64,000 nucleotides of DNA from Candidatus Omnitrophota bacterium (GTDB lineage: Bacteria > Omnitrophota > Gorgyraeia > Zapsychrales > Zapsychraceae), in contig DATDQB010000010.1 of assembly GCA_035292445.1 (NCBI GenBank), positions 3,563-67,562 on the forward strand, read 5' to 3'. Each line of letters opens with the position of its first letter. Positions within the stretch are counted from its first letter, which is position 1. The translations under genes were made by a program, and so were the position numbers. Below, piece after piece: positions 1 to 8,232 of the stretch. The notes beneath the pieces were generated by a model. It saw only the letters and a program-made list of their open reading frames with translations. It had not been told where the DNA came from and searched no databases.

Positions 1-1104
1 TGTAAGATCCTCCTTGAGGAACTCCCTGGGGGACTTTGCCGCCGCAAGCAAGTTTGGCCCCTTCTTTAAGCGCTTGCTGAATCTGACGTAAAATAAGGTC
101 CCGCTGCTCTTTGGAGGCCATCGGGCCGAATTCCGTCGTAAAATCCGCCGCATCACCGATCTTCAGCGACTTCGTCCGCTCAACGAGCTTCCCTATAAAT
201 GCATCGTAAATAGCCTCTTCCACAAAAAGCCTTGAGACAGCCGTGCACATTTGCCCTTGGTTCATAAAAATGCCGGATAAAACGCCTCCCAATGCCGCTT
301 CCTTATCACAATCGGAAAAAACAATGGCCGGTGATTTGCCCCCCAACTCCATTGTAAGCTTCTTGGTCGTAACCGCCGCCAGTTGCATGATCTTTCGCCC
401 TGTTTGGGTGCTGCCGGTGAAGCTGATCATGTTGACATCTTCGCTTTGTACCAATTGGGAAGCCGCCTCATTGCCCGTTGTTGTAAGGATATTAATCACA
501 CCCTTGGGCAAATCTGAATCGGCGATCAGTTGTGCCAAACGCAAAATAGAAGCGCAGGCGATCGGTGAAGGCTTAAAGATAATCGTATTACCGACGATAA
601 TGGCCGGAGCGACTTTCCAGGCCGCATATATAAGAGGATAATTGTAGGAGCAGATGCTACCCACGACGCCATACGGCTCAAACCGCGTTAAGCTTTTTAC
701 GGGATCATTGACCGGATTAACGCGTTCCTTTAGAACATCCCCGAGATTACCGTAATAATCAAACGCATCCGCTGCCGCCGGCACATCGATAAAATTCACC
801 TGTTTGGTCGTCTTGCCGACATCCATGACTTCCAGCTCGGCCAATTCTTTAGCGTGATCACGGATCAGTTTTGCTATTTTCTTTAAATAGCTGCCTCTTT
901 CGGCAAAAGTGAAATTCTTCCAAGGCCCTTCATCAAAAGCTTTACGGGCCGCTGCGATCGCTGTCTTCATCTCATCGACGGAGGCATCCGCAACCTGAGC
1001 AAAAACTTCCCCAGTTGACGGGTTAACGGCATCAAAATACTTCTTGGTCTTGGCCATTTTTCCGTTGATCAAAAGGTCAAATTGTCTAAGGGTCGTTGAT
1101 TTCA
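1..1104 (-). CDS. NAD(P)-dependent aldehyde dehydrogenase (C-terminus runs off the window edge)
   Basis: Manual minus-strand translation from ATG at 1104 gives MKSTTLRQFDLLINGK...ELGGKSP...GQMCTA motifs typical of the ALDH superfamily; ORF open to position 1. Confidence 0.85.
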
Positions 1105-1185
1105 TCTTATTCTACGGGAACCTCCGCTACTGACTTTTCTGAATCAATAATTATGGTAGTCAGTACTGCAGGTTCCATTTTCGTT

Positions 1186-2214
1186 TCACTCAACTGGAAC
1201 CTGCTGCCACAGCTCAAATACGCGTGAACAGGGTGCGTACCATTTGGAGATCTTAGCGAAATCGCCGCGTAAATGCATTTTCTTTTGTGTGGTAGCCACA
1301 AACGGGTCTATTTCCCGATTAAACACCGCCCGCCACACCTTCTCCGGGGCGGTGATCAAAAACTCCGCGTTCTCATCAGAGCCGACTTTTTCGATTCTAC
1401 CTTTTCGAAACGCGAAGCTGTACGTTTTTCCGGTTTCATTCAGCTTGACCGCCAAGTCCATGGTCATGTTCGTCTTCTCACCCAGCTCTTTCATCTGCTT
1501 ATCTTTATTGACCAGATCAACAATGCTGGCGATCTGTTCTTTTGAGAATAATTTAAATTTCTTTTTATTATTCTGTACGGGCACAGCGCGCTGTGCCCCT
1601 ATCTTGCCCTTTGTACGGGCGACCCGGTGGGTCGCCCCTACGGAATACAACCGGCTGATCGCATCCGTTTTAATGGCGTCTTCAAGCGCCTGGATCAAAA
1701 GAAAACAATCAAAAAGCTCATTGCCCATCGCCACAACGCCATGATTGCGTAAAACAACGATGTTGTTCTTTTTTAAAGCTTCAATGATGGGCACGACATC
1801 GGTCACCGCCGGGGTGGTCTGTTTGACGGATGGCACATCCCCTAAATAAAATCTGGCCTCGAAAATCTTTGGGATCAACTTCTCATTTTCCAGGAAATAA
1901 GCGTTAGTGTATGTTGTATGCGTATGAATAATGGCCCGCGCGTCGGGAAAATTCTTATAAATTTCCGTATGAAGAAGTTTTTCGGAAGAGACAGCCCCTT
2001 CTTCTAACAGCGTTCCATCCAACTTCATGGCCAATACGCCTTTTTCCTGCAAAAGCCCCAAACAAGTTTTGTGGCCCGTAATGACGATCGTGTCCTTATC
2101 AACGCGCGCGCTGATATTACCGTTAAGCCCGCTCACGAGCTCCTTATCCCACATCAGCCCGCCGATGGCGATGATGTTCCGTTTAGCGTTATTTATTTTC
2201 TCTTCGTTATTCAT
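1186..2214 (-). CDS. Class II aldolase/adducin-domain protein with C-terminal SCP2-like domain; candidate methylthioribulose-1-P aldolase/dehydratase (MtnB/Ald2-like)
   Basis: HTHT..Y zinc-site region and overall class II aldolase fold motifs; C-terminal F..T.QKKMHLRGDFAKISKW resembles SCP2 (F.QGKLKI.GD pattern); start taken at MNNEEK to avoid the upstream overlap; adjacent to mtnA. Confidence 0.7.
   Translation of the reverse strand: MNNEEKINNAKRNIIAIGGLMWDKELVSGLNGNISARVDKDTIVITGHKTCLGLLQEKGVLAMKLDGTLLEEGAVSSEKLLHTEIYKNFPDARAIIHTHTTYTNAYFLENEKLIPKIFEARFYLGDVPSVKQTTPAVTDVVPIIEALKKNNIVVLRNHGVVAMGNELFDCFLLIQALEDAIKTDAISRLYSVGATHRVARTKGKIGAQRAVPVQNNKKKFKLFSKEQIASIVDLVNKDKQMKELGEKTNMTMDLAVKLNETGKTYSFAFRKGRIEKVGSDENAEFLITAPEKVWRAVFNREIDPFVATTQKKMHLRGDFAKISKWYAPCSRVFELWQQVPVE
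1575..1645. repeat. Two tandem GTAGGG-family-like hairpins inserted in frame in the class II aldolase gene (between aldolase and SCP2-like domains)
   Basis: gtacGGGCACAGCGCGCTGTGCCCctatcttgccctttgtacGGGCGACCCgGTGGGTCGCCCctacgg; translated VGATHRVARTKGKIGAQRAVPV. Confidence 0.7.
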
Positions 2215-2689
2215 AGCGTTTACTGATATATTTCTGGGGAACCCATTCAACGAGCGGTACATAAGCCTTGATGCCGCTGGGGGCGACGCGTTGCCCTCGA
2301 AAATAAAATAGGTCGTCCGGTTTGCCCATAAATTTTGTTTTCTCGCTGGATTTAAAAATATTCACAGGAATTTTATGGCGCTTGGCCAAAACGCCCAAGA
2401 TAAGGCTTCCGATGCGGCACACGGCCCCTTTTTCATCAGCGATCTGATACGACAGCCACACTTCCTTGACCATATCTTTGGCGAATAAAAATCCGGCCAT
2501 GTTATCCGATATAAGGACCGGTTTGATGCCGCGCTTTAAAAGCTCTTGGGAGCTGTCCTCGGCGGCCTTCAAGCTCGGGCGCCCCTCGAGAACAAACGCC
2601 TCTTTGACGCCTTGTTTCTTCAGCCGGTCAAAGGCTTTCTCATCAAAGATCCCCTGCAAAACTATTTTTTTGCCATTATTAGCGGACAT
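2207..2689 (-). CDS. Short eIF-2B alpha/beta/delta-like protein (aligns to C-terminal half of MtnA)
   Basis: 160 aa; GRPSLKA...GIKPVLISDNMAGFLFA...KRHKIPVNIF aligns with TRPYLQG...GANVTLVADNAIGLLMA...EFDIPFYVL of the adjacent mtnA; may be a truncated duplicate. Confidence 0.45.
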   Translation of the reverse strand: MSANNGKKIVLQGIFDEKAFDRLKKQGVKEAFVLEGRPSLKAAEDSSQELLKRGIKPVLISDNMAGFLFAKDMVKEVWLSYQIADEKGAVCRIGSLILGVLAKRHKIPVNIFKSSEKTKFMGKPDDLFYFRGQRVAPSGIKAYVPLVEWVPQKYISKRYE

Positions 2690-3719
2690 CGATCGGTAGT
2701 GACCTCGTTATATATTCGTGCGGGACCACATCAAAACCCGGATAAAAGCCATGAACGGCTCCGCGCACAATCCTTTTTTTGGAAAACGTTAAAAGTTCCT
2801 CGCTGTCTCTGATCTCTATGGGGATATCTTTGCCTGTTTTCACTTTATTTGACGGCTGCGTTAACACGTAGAACGGTATGTCAAATTCCTGGGCCAACAC
2901 GGCGATCTGGTACGTGCCGATCTTATTGGCGAAATCGCCGTTAGCGCAAGAGCGGTCGGAACCGACGATCACTTTATCGACCAACCCGTCCGCCATCAGT
3001 AACCCGATGGCGTTATCAGCGACCAATGTTACATTAGCGCCCATGCGGTTCAATTCCCACGCCGTCAGTTTGGCCCCCTGCAAGTAAGGTCGTGTTTCGG
3101 TCGCAAAGAAATGGATCTTCTTACCATCCTGCTTACAGATCCACGCGGCCATGGCCAGCTCACCGCTGACGTTACAATGCGTCAGGATACTGTCGCCGTT
3201 CTCGATCGTGGCAGCGATCTTTCGCACCCGCTCAAGCCGGCGCATGCGGATCCCCATTAAATAACCTTGAATATTCTTGGACACGAACTCTCGCAGATCA
3301 ATTCCCTCAGCCACCGCCTGCTTTGCCCATCCGACAACCATCCCCGTCACTTCGCTGAAAGGAAACGTCGGGCGGCTGTTATTTAACATATCGGCGGTTT
3401 TTTCTAACCGTTTCAATACCGCCGTAGGGGCGAGTCGCCGACTCGCCCCTACGTTATTTAATTCCAACAAAAACGCGTTTAAAACAACCAAAAACTGCCC
3501 GAACGCCCGAGTCTTCATGTCCTTAATGACCTTCACTGCTTCCTTCACCGAAGTGACAGGAATATAATGAAGCTTCTTGGGGATAAGCGTTTCATCAAGG
3601 ACATATAACGTATTCTTCTTTAGATACGCCGGCCAGAACAATGGCGATTCTTTGATTTCTTTGTGGTCAAGTTGTATGTTCTGCTTGATCATTTTATTTT
3701 CTAGCCAATTGCTCGGCAC
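2679..3719 (-). CDS. mtnA: S-methyl-5-thioribose-1-phosphate isomerase (eIF-2B family)
   Basis: TETRPYLQGAKLTAWEL, VIVGSDRSCANGDFANKIGTY, IPFYVL motifs of MtnA/eIF2B family; carries an in-frame palindromic element (VGASRRLAPT). Confidence 0.8.
   Translation of the reverse strand: MPSNWLENKMIKQNIQLDHKEIKESPLFWPAYLKKNTLYVLDETLIPKKLHYIPVTSVKEAVKVIKDMKTRAFGQFLVVLNAFLLELNNVGASRRLAPTAVLKRLEKTADMLNNSRPTFPFSEVTGMVVGWAKQAVAEGIDLREFVSKNIQGYLMGIRMRRLERVRKIAATIENGDSILTHCNVSGELAMAAWICKQDGKKIHFFATETRPYLQGAKLTAWELNRMGANVTLVADNAIGLLMADGLVDKVIVGSDRSCANGDFANKIGTYQIAVLAQEFDIPFYVLTQPSNKVKTGKDIPIEIRDSEELLTFSKKRIVRGAVHGFYPGFDVVPHEYITRSLPIDVR
3424..3452. repeat. GTAGGG-family 29-nt palindrome inserted in frame in mtnA
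   Basis: GTAGGGGCGAGTCGccGACTCGCCCCTAC; translated VGASRRLAPT. Confidence 0.8.
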
Positions 3720-4485
3720 TTTCTAATTTTTTAACCAATTCCAGACCGATGTTGATCAGCGCCCCTTCGGCCATGTAATAATCGGTGTTCATGAAGCCCA
3801 TCTCACCGGTGATAACGTTATCGCTGACGGCCAATATGACCGCGGCCGGGATCTTATATTGCGCGCAGATCGTTAAAAAGGCGGATGACACCATATCGAC
3901 GGCAATAGCGCCACCGGCAACGGCTTTGTTCACATGCTCTTTGGTCTCTCTAAGGATCGCATCCGTTGTCCAGCAGCATCCTTCATGTACTTTATTCTCC
4001 AAAAGCCCCTGGCTAGGCAGAAGCTGCTGGGCGAGTTCTTTCAATTGCTTCGTCAACTCTTTATCAGCGGTGGGAACATAATTCTTATCCACATAATACT
4101 GGGTGACGCCATCGCCTTTCAAAGCCGTCGTCGCCACGATCAGATCGCCGACCTTGATATCTTCCCTTAAAGCCCCGCAACTGCCTAAACGGATCATGGC
4201 CTTGACCCCCGCGTTACAAAGGATCTCGGTCGTGATGGAGGTGTCCGCCGCAAAACGCCCGCCGTTGATCGTCGTCACTCTTGTCCCGGCAAATTCGCCC
4301 GTATGCATGGTGTATTCCATAAAACTGAAATTCTTGATGGGGTTCGTCAACTTCTTGACAATGGCATCCGCGCGTTCCCGTGGGCCGGGCACCAGCGCAT
4401 ATTTGCCGACGGCTTCGGGCGTCAGCTGCACCATTCCCATCAGATCTTTCCCTGTTAAATGGGCTTCTCGTTTCATGGTAGTCAT
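3694..4485 (-). CDS. Purine/uridine nucleoside phosphorylase family protein (PNP_UDP_1); possible 5'-methylthioadenosine phosphorylase
   Basis: PGPRERA and RLGSCGALRED motifs match the DeoD-type phosphorylase family (PGDPLRA / RVGSCGA); clustered with mtnA. Confidence 0.75.
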   Translation of the reverse strand: MTTMKREAHLTGKDLMGMVQLTPEAVGKYALVPGPRERADAIVKKLTNPIKNFSFMEYTMHTGEFAGTRVTTINGGRFAADTSITTEILCNAGVKAMIRLGSCGALREDIKVGDLIVATTALKGDGVTQYYVDKNYVPTADKELTKQLKELAQQLLPSQGLLENKVHEGCCWTTDAILRETKEHVNKAVAGGAIAVDMVSSAFLTICAQYKIPAAVILAVSDNVITGEMGFMNTDYYMAEGALINIGLELVKKLESAEQLARK

Positions 4486-4562
4486 TTTAAGAATCCTTTC
4501 TTTAGCTATCAGTCGTCAGCTTTCAGTCTTCAGCTGAAGACTGTCGACTGATGACTGACGAC

Positions 4563-6050
4563 TTAAGTTAACGCTTCCTGTTTCAACAAACCCTTATCAA
4601 CTTTCCCTGTTCTATTTTTCGGCAAATCAAGCCGCAACTCAATTGTGTGCGGCACTTTAAAATTGGCCAAATGCTGCCGCGCGAAATAACGGATCTCCTC
4701 CGGGCTTACATTCATCCCTTCTTTCAAAACCACGTACGCTTTGACAGCTTCCCCCTTCATCCGGTCGGGGACGCCGACGACCGCGCACTCGGCCACGGCT
4801 TCGTGCTTGTAAAGGGCCGCTTCCACCTCCGGCGCGTACACGATCTGCCCGCCGACTTTGATCATCTCTTTCTTGCGCCCAACGATATAAAGAAAACCTT
4901 TTTCATCGAAGCGTCCCAGATCACCCGTATATAAACCGTCTCTTTTCTTGACCTCCGCTGTCGCCTCCGGGTCCTTATAATAACCGTCCATCACGATCCA
5001 CCCGCTGATGACGATCTCGCCGACTTGACCGAGCGTGACCTCCTGCCCATCATCATCAACGATTTTTATCTTGCAATTGGGCGCGGGCTTGCCGACGCTT
5101 GTGATATTATCGCTGTCCAACGGTGTCACCGTATTGGGAGGGCAAGTTTCCGTCATGCCCCAGCCGTTCAAAAGCCGCGCGTTCGGGCAATATTTATGGA
5201 AACGCGCCATGATCTCAGGAGAGCTCGGCGCGCCGAAAACAACGACCCAACGCAGTGAGGATAAATTAAACCGTTCTATTTCTTTTAATGTCAACAGGGC
5301 ATTGTACATGGGAGGGACAATATGAAAACACGTCACGTGATGCTGCTGCACCAGCGAAAGGAATTCGAAAGGATTGAACCGGTCCATCAAAATAAGCGTG
5401 ATACCGAATTGAATGCAGTTTTGGATATAAATAAACCCGCCGATATGGCTCAAGGGAATGGCGCAAATCTTAATGTCTTTATTGCTTAGATCGACGAAAT
5501 GATCCATCGCGGCAGGCGAGCCTTCCAAATGTTTATAATTAAGCAATATGCCTTTCGGTCTTCCCGTGGTGCCGGATGTGTACATAATAAGGGAAGGGTC
5601 GCTGTCTTTAATATCGGCCTGAGGAACATCGCTTTGCGCTTGAGCGATCAATCCTTCGATATCCGCACATAAAATAACCGTCTCCAGGCTGGGAAGGTTT
5701 TGCTTGATCTTCTCCAGTTCCACCTCATTCCTGGGCATGGCGATCAACACTTTAGCCTCACAATGCTCCAAACAGCTGGTCAATTCATCCTCTTTAAGCA
5801 TGAAGTCCAAGGGGACAGCCACACCGCCCAAATAAAGGCAAGCTAAATAGCTGTAAACATATTCCGGGCAATTGGGCAGGTAAATGGCGATCTTATCGGC
5901 TTTAGACACACCTCTTTCGCTTAAAGCGTTAGCCAGTTTCAATGACCGCTCTTTTAGCTGTTGGAACGTAACCTCTTTGCCTTTAAAGACTAAAGCCATT
6001 TTATCAGCAAAGCGGGTTACCGATTTCTCTAAAAATTCCTTTATAAACAT
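4563..6050 (-). CDS. AMP-dependent acyl-CoA synthetase/ligase
   Basis: YTSGTTGRPKG AMP-binding motif, 495 aa, typical ANL superfamily layout. Confidence 0.85.
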   Translation of the reverse strand: MFIKEFLEKSVTRFADKMALVFKGKEVTFQQLKERSLKLANALSERGVSKADKIAIYLPNCPEYVYSYLACLYLGGVAVPLDFMLKEDELTSCLEHCEAKVLIAMPRNEVELEKIKQNLPSLETVILCADIEGLIAQAQSDVPQADIKDSDPSLIMYTSGTTGRPKGILLNYKHLEGSPAAMDHFVDLSNKDIKICAIPLSHIGGFIYIQNCIQFGITLILMDRFNPFEFLSLVQQHHVTCFHIVPPMYNALLTLKEIERFNLSSLRWVVVFGAPSSPEIMARFHKYCPNARLLNGWGMTETCPPNTVTPLDSDNITSVGKPAPNCKIKIVDDDGQEVTLGQVGEIVISGWIVMDGYYKDPEATAEVKKRDGLYTGDLGRFDEKGFLYIVGRKKEMIKVGGQIVYAPEVEAALYKHEAVAECAVVGVPDRMKGEAVKAYVVLKEGMNVSPEEIRYFARQHLANFKVPHTIELRLDLPKNRTGKVDKGLLKQEALT

Positions 6051-6062
6051 AGAAAATCCTTT

Positions 6063-6084
6063 AACTAGTAAAATTTTACTAGTT
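6063..6084. promoter_or_regulatory. Perfect 22-bp palindrome AACTAGTAAAATTTTACTAGTT upstream of the acyl-CoA synthetase start and downstream of the PadR gene; candidate operator
   Basis: Perfect inverted repeat in an AT-rich intergenic region between 6050 and 6163. Confidence 0.35.
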
Positions 6085-6162
6085 AGATTTTAGTAGAATC
6101 TAACCCATTGTCAATAAATTTCTTATATATATTAAAAATATTACTTATAGGGGAAATTTGGG

Positions 6163-6678
6163 CTAGGTGAGGACTTCGGCCAGCTTGGTTATGGACTTAA
6201 TTTCAGCTTCAACCAAATCAAGGTCATGATCCAGGATAATTTGCAGGTGTTTTTGGGTGGTTTTGATGTTCCCTTTTAGGGAGGTAAGCTCTCTTTTGAT
6301 CCTGTTGAGAAAAATAAGCCGGCCCCGCAACTGGCGCTGGGCGATCTTTTTGTCAACATATTGAAGGAAATATAAAGAAAGGTCGATGTTAAAATACGGC
6401 CGCTCAATGGAAAGGAAGCTTTCGGTGATCAGATGGTCGAAGATCTTTTCACCCTTTTGCGTCAAGCTGTAAACGTACTTTTCCGGCCATTTTCCCTCTC
6501 GGCCGACATCTTTCTTAATAAGCCCCAGCTTTTCCATTGTCTTTAAAGGATAATAAATGGATTTGATCTTCAAGCCCACAAAAGGGAAAAGCTCTTCCTC
6601 GATCAGGCGTTTGATCTCATAGCCGTGTTTGGGGCCTTCTTTAAGCAATCCTAGAAATAAAAGTTCGTGTTCGATCAT
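6163..6678 (-). CDS. PadR family transcriptional regulator
   Basis: LLFLGLLKEGPKHGYEIKRLIEE winged-helix N-terminus typical of PadR; 4-nt overlap with upstream pyk. Confidence 0.7.
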   Translation of the reverse strand: MIEHELLFLGLLKEGPKHGYEIKRLIEEELFPFVGLKIKSIYYPLKTMEKLGLIKKDVGREGKWPEKYVYSLTQKGEKIFDHLITESFLSIERPYFNIDLSLYFLQYVDKKIAQRQLRGRLIFLNRIKRELTSLKGNIKTTQKHLQIILDHDLDLVEAEIKSITKLAEVLT

Positions 6679-7697
6679 TTCGGCCTTATATTCTCGTACT
6701 TCTCCGTGTATTCCAAGATCTGCGACATCATTTTGATGGTGCGCGATGGGTATTTACCGATGGCTGTTTCACCCGATAACATCACGTAATCCGCCCCGTC
6801 CAAAATGGCGGTCGCCACGTCCGTGACCTCCGCCCGCGTCGGGCGGCCCTGATCGATCATGCTATCCAGCATCTGGGTCGCGATAATAGAAAGTTTCTTT
6901 TTCCGGTTGCAATGGCGGATGATATATTTCTGCAGCAAAGGGATCTTATAAATGGGCAGTGTCACCCCCAGATCCCCTCGGGCCACCATCACCCCGTCAC
7001 AGGCATCCAAAATGCTTTCGATGTTCTTAACGCCCTCTTCTGTTTCGATCTTAGCGATGATCTTACACTGCGGCAAATGCGGCTCGACCATTTCAACGAT
7101 GCGCTGGATATCTTTTTTGTTGCGGACGAACGACTGGGCGATCTTCTCCACTTTATTTTTGATGCCGAACTCAATGTCATTCTTATCTTGCTCCGTCAAA
7201 ATATTTGATTGTAACTTAAGGCCGGGGATATTGACGCCTTTGCGTTCTTTTAAAATGCCGCCTTGGACCACCCGGCATTTCGCGCGCTTGCCGTCATTGG
7301 CCATGACCTTCAAAAAGATCGTCCCGTCATCGATAAAGATACCCGCCCCCCGCGGTATCACTTTCAGATCTTCCGCAAAATCAAGCGGGATAAGCGCCTC
7401 CCCGCCATCGGGCTCTTTAGTGAGGTAGGCTATCTTATTGCTCTGCAGATTGATCTTCTTCTTTAATTTGCCGACGCGGATGCGGTACCCTTCCAGATCC
7501 TGCAAGATCGTGATCTTATAGCCGTGTTTTTCATTGACCGAGCGCACCAGATCGATCAATTTCTGGTGATGCTCATGATCACCGTGAGAAAAATTCAGGC
7601 GGGCGACGTCCATGCCGCGGGAAGCCATCTTGACGATCATCGCCTCACTGGAGCTGGCCGGGCCTAACGTACAAATAATTTTGGTGTATCGGGACAT
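6675..7697 (-). CDS. pyk: Pyruvate kinase, short form lacking the C-terminal allosteric domain
   Basis: TKIICTLGPA, NFSHG, MVARGDLGV, SGETA.GKYP motifs; only 340 aa versus about 470 aa for canonical PK. Confidence 0.85.
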   Translation of the reverse strand: MSRYTKIICTLGPASSSEAMIVKMASRGMDVARLNFSHGDHEHHQKLIDLVRSVNEKHGYKITILQDLEGYRIRVGKLKKKINLQSNKIAYLTKEPDGGEALIPLDFAEDLKVIPRGAGIFIDDGTIFLKVMANDGKRAKCRVVQGGILKERKGVNIPGLKLQSNILTEQDKNDIEFGIKNKVEKIAQSFVRNKKDIQRIVEMVEPHLPQCKIIAKIETEEGVKNIESILDACDGVMVARGDLGVTLPIYKIPLLQKYIIRHCNRKKKLSIIATQMLDSMIDQGRPTRAEVTDVATAILDGADYVMLSGETAIGKYPSRTIKMMSQILEYTEKYENIRPK

Positions 7698-7712
7698 AAT
7701 AATAAAAATAAT

Positions 7713-7768
7713 GTAAGGGCAACCTTTACGGTTGCCCGATATTGGGCAGGCGCAAGGCCTGCCCCTAC
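7713..7768. repeat. GTAGGG-family double-hairpin palindromic element (copy 1 of a 3-copy 56-nt subtype); its CCCCTAC end supplies the TAG stop of the lipoprotein gene
   Basis: gtaagGGCAACCtttacGGTTGCCCgatattGGGCAGGcgcaaggCCTGCCCctac; near-identical copies at 45004..45059 and 50496..50551. Confidence 0.8.
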
Positions 7769-8232
7769 TCCGCTACTTGAAATTTTGTTCCCAATTCTTC
7801 AAAGACAATTCTTGCGACCGTCCGCTTAGCCGTCGATGCTAAGGAAGAAACGTCCACCCGGATCGTTTCCAGGCTGGTGCGGGTGAAGAAAATGCCGACC
7901 TCTGTCGTATTCACGCTTCCTTCAACGCCCATGACGATAATGTAGGGAGGGCTCGCGTATAGATCCGACATAAATATGTCAAAGACCCCCTCATCTATTT
8001 CAGGAGGCTTCACCCAAGGTTTAGCCGATGGCTTATAGCGGCCTAAGCGCATTATGGCCTCGAAGCAATCCTCGTAACTGCAATGGAATGCCTTGCTGAT
8101 GCCGTCTTGGCTGGCCTTATCTTGCAATGTTTGGGTTGAGGTGCCAACGATTCTTTTGGCCGCCTCTTTAACAGAGCAACCTTGAAGGGGCATCATCAAG
8201 GCAATAATAATAAAAAGATATCGTAAATTCAT
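7765..8232 (-). CDS. Hypothetical lipoprotein
   Basis: Signal peptide with lipobox (LQGC); no recognised domain. Confidence 0.5.
   Translation of the reverse strand: MNLRYLFIIIALMMPLQGCSVKEAAKRIVGTSTQTLQDKASQDGISKAFHCSYEDCFEAIMRLGRYKPSAKPWVKPPEIDEGVFDIFMSDLYASPPYIIVMGVEGSVNTTEVGIFFTRTSLETIRVDVSSLASTAKRTVARIVFEELGTKFQVAE

Noticed and set aside
243-641. Plus-strand ORFs (243..641, 1244..1744, 15468..15800, 45440..45955 and many others in the track) lying opposite confirmed minus-strand genes
   Set aside because: They are antisense shadow ORFs of genes with clear homology. They have no recognisable domains and no RBS, and they overlap functional CDSs.
6675-7697. Pyruvate kinase as a pseudogene
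   Set aside because: The ORF is intact, catalytic motifs are conserved and it is translationally coupled to the next gene. No C-domain remnant was seen downstream. It is reported as an unusual short form.
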